This document shows positions 40,070 to 40,142 of a DNA stretch of 40,142 bases, one piece after another; position 1 is the first letter of the stretch; each line of letters opens with the position of its first letter. This stretch comes from a virus, in IMG/VR virus record IMGVR_UViG_3300045988_046223, positions 1 through 40,142 of that record. One strand, given 5' to 3'. The translations under genes and the position numbers were made by a program. The notes under the pieces are model-generated. The model was not told the origin of the DNA, made no database searches, and was given only the letters and a program-made list of their open reading frames with translations.

Positions 40070-40080
40070 GCATAAAGAAA

Positions 40081-40115
40081 ACAGCGTAGATTCCGACGAA
40101 TCTACGCTGTTTCTA
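40081..40115 (+). terminator. Intrinsic terminator at the right prophage end
   Basis: ACAGCGTAGATT ccgacg AATCTACGCTGT (12-bp perfect stem) followed by TTTCTATT. Confidence 0.8.
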
Positions 40116-40116
40116 T

Positions 40117-40142
40117 TGGTGGAGGATGGGGGACTCGAACCC
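40117..40142 (-). tRNA. 3' portion of a tRNA gene (T-loop, T-stem, acceptor 3' strand, encoded CCA); the 5' part is outside the window and the isotype is undetermined
   Basis: The reverse complement of 40117-40142 is GGGTTCGAGTCCCCCATCCTCCACCA. Confidence 0.65.
40119..40142. repeat. attR core (direct repeat)
   Basis: Identical to 1-24. The window ends inside it, so the repeat could be longer. Confidence 0.85.

Larger units (their letters stand above)
1..40142. mobile_element. Complete integrated temperate prophage (siphovirus-type), attL to attR
   Basis: Identical 24-nt direct repeats sit at both window ends. Integrase and a CI/Cro switch are at the left. Replication, packaging, head, tail and lysis modules follow in canonical order on the + strand. 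Confidence 0.9.

Overview
The window is one complete integrated temperate prophage of about 40.1 kb. It is siphovirus-type: tape measure, Dit and Tal are present and there is no sheath gene. The host looks like a Firmicutes/Clostridia organism (SD-dependent starts, frequent GTG/TTG starts); that is inference only. The element is bounded by an identical 24-nt direct repeat (1-24 and 40119-40142). This repeat is the T-arm/acceptor 3' end of a minus-strand tRNA gene whose 5' part lies beyond the right window edge.

Gene order, left to right:
- attL with arm-type repeats, tyrosine integrase, an AT-rich unknown cargo gene, and a CI-like repressor.
- A switch region with two near-consensus face-to-face promoters, then a Cro-like gene and a Bro/KilAC antirepressor.
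- Early genes, including a 16 x 18-bp tandem hexapeptide-repeat gene.
- A recombination/replication module: DUF1351-like, RecT, MBL hydrolase, DnaD-like organizer with phased internal repeats, loader-like protein, SSB, a C5-MTase-like gene, RusA and a Dam-like MTase.
- A sigma-region-4-like late regulator.
- About 0.8 kb of ORF-free, densely base-paired sequence. It contains a tRNA-like module without an anticodon arm and ends in an intrinsic terminator.
- terS, terL, portal, a MuF head-morphogenesis protein fused to an HExxH domain, a gp10-like protein and an AT-rich lipoprotein followed by a strong terminator.
- Scaffold, major capsid and connector genes, major tail protein, and tail chaperones G/G-T with a TTTTTTC -1 frameshift site.
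- A reverse-strand glycine-zipper gene, then tape measure, Dit, Tal (apparent ATT start) and BppU-like protein.
- Three receptor-binding-region ORFs that share an N-terminal motif.
- Bifunctional endolysin and holin.
- About 4.6 kb of right-arm cargo: a minus-strand 2-gene operon behind a perfect consensus promoter, plus a + strand cassette of eight small ORFs encoding Q-rich, Gly/Trp-rich, Cys-cluster and beta-rich proteins with no function I recognise.
- attR.

The best candidates for something undescribed are the large structured RNA region with its tRNA-like element, the right-arm cargo cassettes, and the MuF-metalloprotease fusion. All calls come from reading the sequence and ORF translations by eye. 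No database search was run.
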